IMG/VR virus record: IMGVR_UViG_3300037424_001449 | Location: 1 to 29,275 of that record | Origin: a virus | Taxonomy: Duplodnaviria; Caudoviricetes | DNA length: 29,275 nt | Strand: one strand, 5' to 3' | Shown here: piece by piece, positions 9,040 to 17,290 of the stretch | Numbering within the stretch: position 1 is the stretch's first letter | How the letters are laid out: each line of letters opens with the position of its first letter | Notes under the pieces: model-generated | The model's input: the letters and a program-made list of their open reading frames with translations, nothing else | Databases searched by the model: none | What the model was told of the DNA's origin: nothing | Program-made: the position numbers and the translations under genes

Positions 9040-10418
9040 TGGATTTAAAAAAATTCTTAAATTCAGGCGGTGGTGATCTTCTTAAGAAAGCTCTTGATTC
9101 TGGCGCAAGCTCCGGCGGCGCATTAATTCACGAACATCTGGAAGATATAATCACAGATCAGATTATCTCTCAGTATCCAGAGTGGTCAATGATTATGCCG
9201 AAAAAGATCGGGTCAAGCTCTTACAAGCATAAGGCAAGAAACGCTCGTGGCAGTGTCGGAGGAGCAGTCGGAGAAAATGCAACTCTTACGTCTGTAAATT
9301 CTACATACGCACAGCCAGAAATACCGTTAAAGGTTATCGCAAGACAGTTTAGCATTACTGACTTTTTGAGAGATTCGACATCTGAAAATCTTGATGCGTT
9401 TGCACAAGAGCTTGAGAATGAAGTAAACGATCAAGTGTTGAGCTTGAATCTTTATAACATTTCAGGCAATGTCGTTGCAGATCCTTATCAATATTCTGGA
9501 TGGGATAAGTCGATTTTAACGAACAGAAACAATGCGCTTCTTGACGGCTGGTCATCAGGAGCGGCAACTGTTCCAGGTACACTTGTTCCGTTTGATAATA
9601 TGATTAACGCGTCAAATCGTAAAGGTGGAAATCGTTACAAGAGAGCATTTATCATGTCATCAGATATGGCGTCTCTATTGTCGAGACTCTATACTGCGAT
9701 AAGAAAAAATGTTGGCCCAGAAATAATTAAACTTTCTGGCGGTCATGAGCTTGAAAGTTACCGAGGCATTCCAATTTTACAGTCTACTGTAATATCGGGA
9801 GCGCACACCGGAACTATGACAACTGTTACAGCCGCAAGCGGCGGTACAACAGGCGGGTCATTGTCTGACGGCACATATTATTTCCGTGTTGCCGCGATTA
9901 CAGAAAATGGCGAAAGCATGGCAAGTGCTGAAAGCTCAGTTACTCTTGCAGGTGCAACCGCAACACAACAAATTAACCTGACATTTACAGCATATCCAAA
10001 TGCGATTGCGTATAAGGTTTTTTATAGCGCGTCGACAGGGCTGTCTGGTATGAGTCTGATTCGTTGGTCAGCCGCAAAAACTTATGATGATAATGGAACA
10101 GTTACAGGAAGCGTGACCACCATTAACCTTCTTAATGTTACGGCAGATACAACTGTTACTGGAATCTCATCAGATAAACCTTTAACAGCGGTATCAAGCG
10201 TAAATGCGGAAAACATTTACCTTGTCTGTTTTGACGATTACCAGGGCATGGGTCGATTTGCTCATAATAACGCTGGTCAGCGTGAGAATGGCATAATCAA
10301 CTTTGAAATGCTCGGTAAAACCAAAATGACAACCGATGCAATCCTTCAAACACATGGAGCAATAATCCCTGCGTATGAAGCGACATCGGTGAAAGCGGCT
10401 GGATGGAGGCCACAATAA
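9039..10418 (+). CDS. Major capsid protein (HK97 fold) with an inserted Ig/FN3-like domain
   Basis: LKKAL...GGALIHEHL start, SYRGIPI motif; TAATG coupling with the scaffold; insert GTYYFRVAAITENGES. Confidence 0.9.
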   Translation: MDLKKFLNSGGGDLLKKALDSGASSGGALIHEHLEDIITDQIISQYPEWSMIMPKKIGSSSYKHKARNARGSVGGAVGENATLTSVNSTYAQPEIPLKVIARQFSITDFLRDSTSENLDAFAQELENEVNDQVLSLNLYNISGNVVADPYQYSGWDKSILTNRNNALLDGWSSGAATVPGTLVPFDNMINASNRKGGNRYKRAFIMSSDMASLLSRLYTAIRKNVGPEIIKLSGGHELESYRGIPILQSTVISGAHTGTMTTVTAASGGTTGGSLSDGTYYFRVAAITENGESMASAESSVTLAGATATQQINLTFTAYPNAIAYKVFYSASTGLSGMSLIRWSAAKTYDDNGTVTGSVTTINLLNVTADTTVTGISSDKPLTAVSSVNAENIYLVCFDDYQGMGRFAHNNAGQRENGIINFEMLGKTKMTTDAILQTHGAIIPAYEATSVKAAGWRPQ

Positions 10419-10960
10419 TGGCTAACGAAAAAGAAACGCCAGTTGACGAAAAGGCAGGGGATAACACCCCTGCCGATAATACTGGTAAGAAAAAGAAAGA
10501 TAAAAAGGCAGGGGATAACACCCCTGCCGATAATACTGGTAAGAAAAAGAAAGATAAAAAGGCAGGGGGGGATATTACCTTTGTATTACAGCATCCACAT
10601 CTAAAAACAGACGCATCGGCAGGATTGTATTTTCAAGGTGAAGAGATTACTATCAAAATTAAAGATGGTATTTTTGAAACCGAAGATAGAGACCTGTTTG
10701 AGCAATTGCAAAGAGAAGGATGGCTGGATAAAACAGAATATCCGGTTTCTAAAAAAGAAATTCCACGGCCTGAGCCTAAAAAATGGTTTTTTAGACACTC
10801 TCTTGGAGATCAAGTTTCCGGAAGTTCAATTGGTTTGTTCAATGAAAATGGAGAAGAAATCTCTGTTAAGCTTGGCAAATCAGGAGAAACAGAAACTACG
10901 AAAAGAGCAATTGCAGAACAGCTTGAAAAAGCTGGTTTTATCCTTGATAAAACAGAATAA
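10418..10960 (+). CDS. Hypothetical post-capsid protein with a Lys-rich repeat and two copies of a ~50-aa domain
   Basis: Start moved to ATG 10418 (TAATG overlap, GGAGG at 10405). GEEITIKIKDG...EQLQREGW matches GEEISVKLGKSG...EQLEKAGF. Confidence 0.8.
   Translation: MANEKETPVDEKAGDNTPADNTGKKKKDKKAGDNTPADNTGKKKKDKKAGGDITFVLQHPHLKTDASAGLYFQGEEITIKIKDGIFETEDRDLFEQLQREGWLDKTEYPVSKKEIPRPEPKKWFFRHSLGDQVSGSSIGLFNENGEEISVKLGKSGETETTKRAIAEQLEKAGFILDKTE
10449..10528 (-). terminator. Two tandem intrinsic-terminator-like hairpins on the - strand
   Basis: 8-bp stem (7 G:C pairs), 6-nt loop, followed on the - strand by TTTTTAT (from 10506) and TTTTCG (from 10452). Confidence 0.4.
10449..10568 (+). repeat. 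54-bp perfect tandem repeat (~2.2 copies); each full copy holds the hairpin GGCAGGGG-ATAACA-CCCCTGCC
   Basis: Read directly; hairpins at 10453-10474 and 10507-10528. Confidence 0.95.
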
Positions 10961-10965
10961 CAATT

Positions 10966-11784
10966 ATGTCGATATTGACGAGGTTACTATTTGAACTTGA
11001 GGACTATGATCTTGAATTAAAGTCTCAAAAATCTACTGCGACAATATCGACTATTATTTTAGTATCGGGTACACAATATCAGATTACATTTTCAGCGGCA
11101 ATTTCCGGAATAACAACATCAGATTATCTTTATATCGAATACGGAAGCAATAATAATTATTACAACATTTTATCAGTTGGCGCAAATACCGTCAATATAG
11201 ATAATGGAACCGCACTTTTAAATGAATCGTCTTCTGTGATTTTTTACCAGGTCAAAGCCGGTAAATTAAATCAATATATTTCAGACGCTAAGAGTTATGC
11301 AGAGAAATTAACAGGCAAAAGTTTTTCTGGCGTTCAAACTTATACAGAGTATTATTCAGGCATAGGGACAAATGAACTTATACTTAACAGGCGTCCAGTT
11401 ATTGAAATTACGCAAATCGAATATACAAACTACCCGCTTGATATGATCGGAGATATAAGCCAATATGAATTAAATCCAAACACAGGGGCTATACATCGCA
11501 AATGGAATGATTATGTTTTTCCACGGGGTACAAATAATATTAAAGTTACATATACATCAGGTTATGCGTCCTTGCCGTCTGATCTTGAAAGTGCAATAAT
11601 GTTTTTAGCCATGTCCGATGTGCTATCTGGTCAAGCGTCAATAAACGGCGGGCTTACCTCAAGATCAATTGTCGCTTATTCAGAAAGCTATGGATCTGGC
11701 GGTAAATATTCAGATACAAGAAAGCGATATATTTCAAGAGCAATGGCAATTTTAAATAAATATAAATCCGGAATGGTTGGATGA
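10966..11784 (+). CDS. Head-tail adaptor (gp6/gp15-like) with an inserted domain
   Basis: YISDAKSYAEKLTG, LNRRPV, FPRGTNNIKVTYTSGY..LPSDL, ILNKYK motifs. Confidence 0.85.
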   Translation: MSILTRLLFELEDYDLELKSQKSTATISTIILVSGTQYQITFSAAISGITTSDYLYIEYGSNNNYYNILSVGANTVNIDNGTALLNESSSVIFYQVKAGKLNQYISDAKSYAEKLTGKSFSGVQTYTEYYSGIGTNELILNRRPVIEITQIEYTNYPLDMIGDISQYELNPNTGAIHRKWNDYVFPRGTNNIKVTYTSGYASLPSDLESAIMFLAMSDVLSGQASINGGLTSRSIVAYSESYGSGGKYSDTRKRYISRAMAILNKYKSGMVG

Positions 11785-12188
11785 CTCTTACATCAGATCA
11801 TAAAAATGTATATGATCTCGTAAAGGCGCAAAAAACTATTGCAAGTATTTATTTTTTGAATAATTCAAATGTCACTAAAAATGATTACGGCGATGTGATA
11901 GGTAAAGGATCAAATACCCCTGTCAATTTCTATACATTTCCGGTTGAATCAAATCCGCCTGAGAAATCAAGATTAAAACATGGGATTAAAACTCCTGTCA
12001 ATATGATGGCATATTTGACTTATTATGAAATAATCAAAAAAGGTTATACTGATGAAGATTTTCAGCCTGAAAATATGAAAGCAGTTATTCTTAATAAAGA
12101 ATATAAAATAAAATATTGTAAAGAATTTTCTCATAATGCGGATGGATTTTTGTATATGGTTATTGCCGGGGATGTTGATGGGAAATGA
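11781..12188 (+). CDS. Probable head closure/stopper protein
   Basis: Synteny, size and NDYGD motif; ATGA coupling. Confidence 0.6.
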   Translation: MTLTSDHKNVYDLVKAQKTIASIYFLNNSNVTKNDYGDVIGKGSNTPVNFYTFPVESNPPEKSRLKHGIKTPVNMMAYLTYYEIIKKGYTDEDFQPENMKAVILNKEYKIKYCKEFSHNADGFLYMVIAGDVDGK

Positions 12189-12721
12189 AATATAAATATT
12201 CTCAAAAACAATCCGCCGTCCGTAAAAGAATAAAGAACCTACCTCAGATATTTGAAAGATCAATGAGGTCTGTTTACAAGAAGGAAGCAGTTGAGCTTGC
12301 CAAAACTTTTGAGGTTGCAATAAAAAATGACCAGTTGGGGCTTGAGAGATTAAGTCCGAATACGATCAAAGAGAAAAAACGTAAAGGATACGCTAAACCG
12401 TCAACGCCGCTTTTTGCCAGGGGGAAATTTGCGGAAATGATGAAAATCGTTGAAGGCGAAAAAAAATGGATAGTTAAACCTGCCAACAGGCAATTTACAT
12501 CGAAACTAAAATTAATTGATATTTTAGAAATCCATGCCGCCGGATATACAATTAAGCGAGGAGATAAGCTTATCAGAGTCCCAGCACGACCAGCAAGATC
12601 AAGGGCATTTAGTTTATACCTAAAAAGAAGAAAAAAGATTGATGCAAATAGGCAGATTTGGGATGCTATCAACCAATTAATCAAGACAAATAAAAATAAA
12701 TATGAATCTGTTAATCAATAA
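12185..12721 (+). CDS. Neck/tail completion protein (HK97 gp10 / P2 gpS-like)
   Basis: Basic; LSPNTIKEK...PLFARG, IH..G, VPARP motifs. Confidence 0.75.
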   Translation: MKYKYSQKQSAVRKRIKNLPQIFERSMRSVYKKEAVELAKTFEVAIKNDQLGLERLSPNTIKEKKRKGYAKPSTPLFARGKFAEMMKIVEGEKKWIVKPANRQFTSKLKLIDILEIHAAGYTIKRGDKLIRVPARPARSRAFSLYLKRRKKIDANRQIWDAINQLIKTNKNKYESVNQ

Positions 12722-13832
12722 GTTTGAAACTATAACCGGATGGTCAGGGACTATTCCAGTATCTTTAAATCAGCATAAACAATATATCGCACATAATAAT
12801 GTCGGATCGGTAATGTTGACGCCAGATTTAGACTTAAACGGTACTGTTTCACTAACTTTAAGCCAAGCATTAACAGGATATGAATACATTGTCTTAAATT
12901 GCCAATCCATTTATAAGGGCATAAACAAACTAACCGATCCTGCAGATTGCAATTATTTAATTGATTTTGGATTCCAGAAATATTATTTTCCAGCTCCTCC
13001 GAAATTTGGCCTTGTGAAATTCAGGATAGCCGGAACTGAGACGATAACTAAAATAGAGATAACGGCACTACACAACGATAGAGACGTTTTATTTCTATCA
13101 AACTTACAGACAATAAAAGAAGAATTACCTCTTGATATTGTAAATGCTATAAAATCGGAATTTACACCGGTAGAATATAGTGCAGGTACAGCAACAGCAA
13201 CCGCAGGTCAAAAAACAATTACATTTAGTTCGCTTCAATATATTGATCGTTATTGCAAAGTAAAGCTTGGAAGTTATTATTATTCAATTGAAAAAATAAA
13301 TGGAAATGTCGCTACTATAAATACTCTTTATGACGGCGTAAATGGGATTGCCGCTAATTTTTCCGGAACAGCCTACATGTCGCCATCGGTTGAAATTTAC
13401 AGTCAGTTCAAAGAGGCGGTACTGCCTGGAATTACAATTTACGACGATACGCCTGAACTTCTTGATATAGACTCAAGAGACGAATACCGCCTTGATACAT
13501 ATAAATACAATAGTCCATCTCAAGATACCGTCGATGTTGTAAATATAAAAGATAATTATGCTTTGCCAATTCAAATAGATGCAGAGTCTCAATATTTAAA
13601 AGTACTTCATGATTTATCAAGTCTGATAAAAAATTTTGTTGCAAAAAGAACGGTCTGGGTTAATGGGGTACAGTTAGAAGTCACATCGTTAAGCGTTCAG
13701 CGGATCGAAGGTGAGTACGAAAAAATTGCATATATTATTACAGTTGAATATGCGGAGGAAATATGGCAGGAAACACAAAACTTCCCGTTGACGGGGACAA
13801 CAACATGGACGATAAACCCAGTGGCGTTGTAA
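12702..13832 (+). CDS. Probable tail terminator/neck protein with extra beta domains
   Basis: Lies before the sheath; C-terminal LPGITI...IQID segment is terminator-like; much longer than a bare terminator. Confidence 0.55.
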   Translation: MNLLINKFETITGWSGTIPVSLNQHKQYIAHNNVGSVMLTPDLDLNGTVSLTLSQALTGYEYIVLNCQSIYKGINKLTDPADCNYLIDFGFQKYYFPAPPKFGLVKFRIAGTETITKIEITALHNDRDVLFLSNLQTIKEELPLDIVNAIKSEFTPVEYSAGTATATAGQKTITFSSLQYIDRYCKVKLGSYYYSIEKINGNVATINTLYDGVNGIAANFSGTAYMSPSVEIYSQFKEAVLPGITIYDDTPELLDIDSRDEYRLDTYKYNSPSQDTVDVVNIKDNYALPIQIDAESQYLKVLHDLSSLIKNFVAKRTVWVNGVQLEVTSLSVQRIEGEYEKIAYIITVEYAEEIWQETQNFPLTGTTTWTINPVAL

Positions 13833-14008
13833 AAGAACCACAGCAAAAAATGTTTAAATTTAAGAACAAAAGAAATCATACAATTAATTTTACAATTGGC
13901 GGTAAAAATTATAACGCAGAACCAAGTAAGATTATTGAGATTCCTGCTAAAGATACAAAGCATAAATATTTTCAAGATATTAAAAATGATTTTGCGGAGG
14001 TCAAATAA
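13763..14008 (+). CDS. Small hypothetical protein preceding the sheath
   Basis: GGAGG SD at 13754; its stop abuts the sheath ATG. Confidence 0.7.
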   Translation: MAGNTKLPVDGDNNMDDKPSGVVKEPQQKMFKFKNKRNHTINFTIGGKNYNAEPSKIIEIPAKDTKHKYFQDIKNDFAEVK

Positions 14009-15838
14009 ATGGCAAACACAAGGACTCTTGGCTTACAAGGGAAACAAAGGCAAACTAAAAAGCCACAGGTAATTCGTGCGACTCAAATTGATGTTATCGG
14101 CGTTATTGGTAAATTTCAGAGACAATATGCAGTATCATTCCCAATTACAAAAAACGGACAGATTGCTGAAATTTTCGGAGAGCAATTATCAAGCCACTTC
14201 GGTCATGATATCGTACAGGGAATTTATGACCAGACTCAATGTACTACTTATGTTAAATCACACATTGGCAATACCGGATCGGCAATTGATGCGGTTGTTG
14301 CAAGTTCGATTATTAAAGATCAGGCTGGTTCTCCTGTTAACACATTAAAGATAGAATTTGCGTATCAAGGCAATCTTTGCTATGGCGCGTACGGTGGAAG
14401 ATTTGGCCGTAAAATAATAGCAGGGAATCGTTACGATACTGCATTATCAGCGACAATTGCAGCGGCAGATACTCAAGCAACAGTTGACGCAATTGGAGAT
14501 ATAAAAGTTGGAGATATTGTAGAATTCGATGTTACTGGCGGCCCAGTTTATAAAAAAATTACTGAAATCGATGAAGCGAATTCTGTAATAAAATGGTCGG
14601 GCGCGTTTCATGCGACATTGACAGGCGCAATAAATGACGCTGTAAATGTTATCGGATTCCAAGTTAAGAAATATTTTAAAGATAGAAATGGCGTCGAAAG
14701 TGAAATAGAATCAGAACTTGGAAAAGTTTACTGTACGCTTGAGCCGGAAGTTTCTGACTATTATGTTGAAAATGTTCATAAGGATTCTGGATATTTTAAG
14801 ATAACAGATCAGGCATCAGCTTCATCTTTAAATCTTGCGTATCCGGCTTCAGACGCTAATATCATTTATCTCGGATCGGTAACAGCAAACGGCGATGTTG
14901 CTGGAGCAGATGGAACATCTCCAAGTACATCAGCTCATTGGGCTTATAACCATTCCGCTCTCGATAATAATCCAGTTACGATTATCGTAAATGGTGATAC
15001 TACCGATTCAGCATATTTTAACACGCTTGAAAACTATTGCAAAAATAGAACAAGAACAGATTTCCCAATTTGCCTTCCTACAATTACAAAGGGGCTATCA
15101 AAGGCGTCTTTACAGACAACGGGTAGAGCGTATCAATCAAGTTCTGCAAAATTAATGGTCAATGTCGGAACGTGGCTTAAAAAGAAAGATCAGTTTGCGA
15201 CTTCAAGTCTTGCTCCTGACAGGGAGATTCCGAATGTTGGTCATGTTGCCGGAGCATGGATTTATACAGTTCAAAATTTCGGGATACATGAAGTCCCGGC
15301 CTTTGATCTTATAACATTAAAAGGAATAACCGGAGTTGTTAATGATGTTGAATATTCTGACACAGAGAGAACAGAGCTTGCAGACGCCGGGATGAATGTT
15401 ATAACCAAAAAAGAAGGTGTTGGCGTACAGATCAGAAACTTTTTCACAGCGTCAACGGCTACTGAATATAGACATGGCAATTCTTTGATTATGTTAAAAT
15501 ACGTTAGAGAATCCGTTAAAGAATCCGTTCGAGGAGAAGAAAACAGGCCAAACGTACTTGGAAGAATTGCTTCTACAAATACAGCGATATTCAGGTTTAT
15601 GTATAATTTATGGTCGGTTGGGTCGACCGGGCGGGTTCCTCTCGGTGAAACTTTCGGACAGTTCTTTAATGACGATAATACCCCGAGCGTATTTGACCAG
15701 CACGTTGAAATTATTGCCGATGCTTCAAACAACCCAAAAGATCAGTTATTACTCGGGGATAGAAATTATGAAATTGGGTTTTCAGTACCAACACCAAATG
15801 GATCAATATTTATTTATGCCGGGCTGGTAGTTTCATAA
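14009..15838 (+). CDS. Tail sheath protein
   Basis: GVIGKFQR start, PNVGHVAGAW, GIHEVPA, LADAGMNVI, ENRPN, IADASNNP motifs; precedes the tube. Confidence 0.92.
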   Translation: MANTRTLGLQGKQRQTKKPQVIRATQIDVIGVIGKFQRQYAVSFPITKNGQIAEIFGEQLSSHFGHDIVQGIYDQTQCTTYVKSHIGNTGSAIDAVVASSIIKDQAGSPVNTLKIEFAYQGNLCYGAYGGRFGRKIIAGNRYDTALSATIAAADTQATVDAIGDIKVGDIVEFDVTGGPVYKKITEIDEANSVIKWSGAFHATLTGAINDAVNVIGFQVKKYFKDRNGVESEIESELGKVYCTLEPEVSDYYVENVHKDSGYFKITDQASASSLNLAYPASDANIIYLGSVTANGDVAGADGTSPSTSAHWAYNHSALDNNPVTIIVNGDTTDSAYFNTLENYCKNRTRTDFPICLPTITKGLSKASLQTTGRAYQSSSAKLMVNVGTWLKKKDQFATSSLAPDREIPNVGHVAGAWIYTVQNFGIHEVPAFDLITLKGITGVVNDVEYSDTERTELADAGMNVITKKEGVGVQIRNFFTASTATEYRHGNSLIMLKYVRESVKESVRGEENRPNVLGRIASTNTAIFRFMYNLWSVGSTGRVPLGETFGQFFNDDNTPSVFDQHVEIIADASNNPKDQLLLGDRNYEIGFSVPTPNGSIFIYAGLVVS

Positions 15839-15855
15839 TAAGGAGATAATGTAAA

Positions 15856-16266
15856 ATGCAAAAAAAAGCAAAAGCACAAAGAGCCGGACTTGAGATAGAC
15901 GGGCTGCCTTATCCAGGGCTAAATGAGTTATCGCCTTTGAAGGTTGTTAAAGGTGAACTTAATGCGGATTATCCTGGTGGTTCTGAAACAATAGCAGACG
16001 GTCAGCAAAAATGGGACCCCATAACCGGATCATACCTTGATCGTGCCGATTCAGATATTGCAAGTGTAATGTTCGATTGGTTTTCAAAAAACGAATTGCA
16101 TGACGTAACGTATATTGAATATGATGGACATGGCACAGAAATAAGACGCTGGTTAATTCCTGACTGTGAATGCACGAATTATGAAAATTCTCCTTGGAAT
16201 GCTGGCGGCGTTGAAGTGGCGAAAGTCAAATTCAAGTTTGTTTTTGACAATGCGATATTACAATAA
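15856..16266 (+). CDS. Tail tube protein (T4 gp19-like fold)
   Basis: 136 aa after the sheath; DW..., DGHGTEIRRW...C pattern; SD AGGAG. Confidence 0.85.
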   Translation: MQKKAKAQRAGLEIDGLPYPGLNELSPLKVVKGELNADYPGGSETIADGQQKWDPITGSYLDRADSDIASVMFDWFSKNELHDVTYIEYDGHGTEIRRWLIPDCECTNYENSPWNAGGVEVAKVKFKFVFDNAILQ

Positions 16267-16271
16267 AGATT

Positions 16272-17060
16272 ATGTTATTACCTATTAAGATAAACAATGA
16301 TGGTAAAATTTATGACTCAATCGAGATAAAGCGTCCATCATCAGGGGTTTTGGCCGATACATTAAATATTTATCAAACACAAAATAAATATTCTGCGCTG
16401 CTACATTATTTAACCGGAATTGCAACATTAATTTCAGGCAATAATGATGTCACTGATAGTATTCAAATTAAAAGTCTATTGAGAAAAATGCCGTATAAAT
16501 CAGCCGAATACATATCGGTAATTTCTGCTTCTCAATTGCATAACAACGAATCGATTGAAGGAATTTATGATTGCCCTCGGTGCAATAAAGGCCGTGTTGT
16601 ATGTGAAGAAACTGATGATTATGATAATACCGATAAACTGTCAGACTTGAAGGTTGTTTGTACTGATGATTTTGGATTTAAAATCGACGCCGATTATCCG
16701 TTTGAGCTTAAAACAACAAACGGAGATATTGAAATAAAATCAGTTGAAATGAATTATCCTACTCTTGAGAACTGTATAAATGCAAGTCAAAATCAGGATG
16801 TTACACGTTTACAATTCAGGATTTACGCAGAAGCTCTGATAAAAGTAAATGGCGAAGAGGTCGAAAAAAAAGAACGTTCGAGATACGGAATGCAAATTTT
16901 TAACAGAATGGATCCATCTGATTTATCAAAAATAGGTAAGGCCAATCGTGATGTTGGGTTACAAACTGTTTTAAAAAAAACATGCCCTGATTGTAATAAA
17001 AAATTCGATGCTATTATTAACCCATCAAATTTTTTAGGGTTGGCTCTTCAGGAAGACTGA
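16272..17060 (+). CDS. Tail assembly chaperone (gpG equivalent; T4 gp26-like, two CxxC)
   Basis: Between tube and tape measure; CPRC and CPDC; ends in a typical NF before the slippery site. Confidence 0.8.
   Translation: MLLPIKINNDGKIYDSIEIKRPSSGVLADTLNIYQTQNKYSALLHYLTGIATLISGNNDVTDSIQIKSLLRKMPYKSAEYISVISASQLHNNESIEGIYDCPRCNKGRVVCEETDDYDNTDKLSDLKVVCTDDFGFKIDADYPFELKTTNGDIEIKSVEMNYPTLENCINASQNQDVTRLQFRIYAEALIKVNGEEVEKKERSRYGMQIFNRMDPSDLSKIGKANRDVGLQTVLKKTCPDCNKKFDAIINPSNFLGLALQED
17030..17036 (+). promoter_or_regulatory. -1 programmed ribosomal frameshift heptamer T TTT TTA
   Basis: In-frame XXXYYYZ (AAT TTT TTA GGG); the -1 frame stays open to 17290. Confidence 0.82.
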
Positions 17061-17290
17061 TAAAACAGGGGCAGCCTGGCGAGCTATGGATTTTAGAAGC
17101 CCTAAAGAATATTGATCTTGATATTGATGAGCTATACAAAGAAGCTCTATCAATATCACAGTTTTATAATGGCGGTATAAGTTTTGAGACACTTATCGAT
17201 ATGGATAGAACAAGATATGAATCAATCAGGAATATTACACTTGACTCAAAAAATCCTAATAATAATGGCGGCGGAATAAATGGAGAATGA
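17036..17290 (+). CDS. Frameshift extension (gpT equivalent, 84 aa) of the tail assembly chaperone
   Basis: RVGSSGRLIKQGQPGELWILEALKNIDLDIDELYKEALSISQFYNGGISFETLIDMDRTRYESIRNITLDSKNPNNNGGGINGE*; first ATG only at 17201; fills the gap up to the tape measure. Confidence 0.8.
   Translation, partial: RVGSSGRLIKQGQPGELWILEALKNIDLDIDELYKEALSISQFYNGGISFETLIDMDRTRYESIRNITLDSKNPNNNGGGINGE

Noticed and set aside
10380-10420. Frameshift fusion of the capsid to the downstream protein
   Set aside because: No slippery heptamer, and the downstream gene has its own GGAGG SD and TAATG-coupled start.
10449-10568. Mini CRISPR array (palindromic repeat with spacers)
   Set aside because: The sequences between hairpins are identical, so this is a tandem duplication in frame in a CDS; no cas genes are present.
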